Source: Chrysemys picta bellii
Taxonomy: Eukaryota
Direction: 5' to 3'
DNA length: 64,000 nt
Assembly: GCF_011386835.1 (NCBI RefSeq)
Contig: NC_088791.1
Span: 243,412,001-243,476,000, forward strand
Of this stretch, positions 63,333 to 64,000 are shown one piece after another. A program made the position numbers and the translations under genes. A model generated the notes under the pieces. The model did not search any database. It saw only the letters and a program-made list of their open reading frames with translations, and was not told the DNA's origin. How positions within the stretch are numbered: position 1 is the first letter of the stretch; each line of letters opens with the position of its first letter.

Positions 63333-63608
63333 AGTATTTCTCAACTGCCCTATGGTAAAGCTCTCTACACCTATGAGGGAAAAGAACCTGGTGACCTCAA
63401 GTTTACCAAAGGGGACATTATCATACTACGCCGAAAGGTGGATGAGAATTGGTATCATGGAGAGCTCAATGGAAACCATGGCTTCTTTCCAGCCAGCTAC
63501 ATCCAGTGTATCAAGCCCCTTCCACAAGCTCCGCCTCAGGGCAAAGCACTTTACGATTTTGAAATAAAGGATAAAGACCAAGACAAGGACTGTTTAACCT
63601 TCACCAAG
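63333..63608 (+). CDS. SH3RF3: Internal coding exon (92 codons, phase 0/0) of SH3 domain-containing RING finger protein 3 (POSH2): SH3 domain 1 plus start of SH3 domain 2
   Basis: Translation [92 protein letters not shown]. It has SH3 motifs (ALYxY, WY, FFP). From recall, YGK, PASYIQC, PQGK and [13 protein letters not shown] fit SH3RF3 rather than SH3RF1. It is flanked by a polypyrimidine acceptor (tgttttcttcAG, 63331-63332) and a donor (AAG|GTAAAG). Exon number 2 is inferred from orthologues. Confidence 0.95.
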
Positions 63609-64000
63609 GTAAAGTAAAAAGCTGTTTCTCGTTTCCTTACTCACTACCGGTGGGTGTAGTTCAAGAGGTGTTTGTTTTGCTGCATCTGGCAGTCTGCTCC
63701 ATTATGAGTAAAATACGCTGCCATGTACCAGCACTTGATAACTTAGAACCTCTTTTTATTTAAGATGCAATTTTAAGAGATTTCATTTCAAATGGATACA
63801 GTAGTTTTAATAACCCTGCACTTCCACATGTACAATAGTTTTGCTAAAATGCTGTAATTTTGGCAGAGCTAGGTTCAGGAGCAAAAGGGACCCTTTCTTT
63901 CTTTCTTTCTTTGATCAGTGACGTTCTCGTGCATGATAGTTAAGGGCCATGAGCTCAGATACATTGAAAGGAGAGGTGAATTTCCAAATTAATTGGGAGC

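Noticed and set aside
63280-63567. Alternative-frame 95-aa ORF overlapping the SH3RF3 exon
   Set aside because: It starts in intronic sequence and has no recognisable features, so it is a by-product of the true coding frame.

Overview
Vertebrate, non-bacterial genomic DNA, almost certainly from a turtle (inferred from the repeat complement: tortoise-type tRNA/CR1 SINEs, CR1 LINEs, GC-rich hAT MITEs, Harbinger MITEs, Penelope, RTE and Gypsy elements). The only host coding sequence I can support is one 276-bp + strand exon (63333-63608). It encodes SH3 domain 1 and the start of SH3 domain 2 of SH3RF3/POSH2, a RING E3 ligase scaffold. By orthology this is probably exon 2, so about 63 kb of the window is probably its long first intron. 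Nearly all other ORFs in the track are transposon remnants or artefacts of GC-rich repeats. The most notable details are a Penelope-borne hammerhead-ribozyme motif on the gene's sense strand, a 60-bp MIR fold-back hairpin, several multi-layer or chimeric transposon insertions with readable TSDs, a 5'-inverted RTE LINE, and an LTR-like element with an antisense GC-box/CCAAT/TATA layout. I did not find a convincing wholly new biological system. All coordinates were read by eye.
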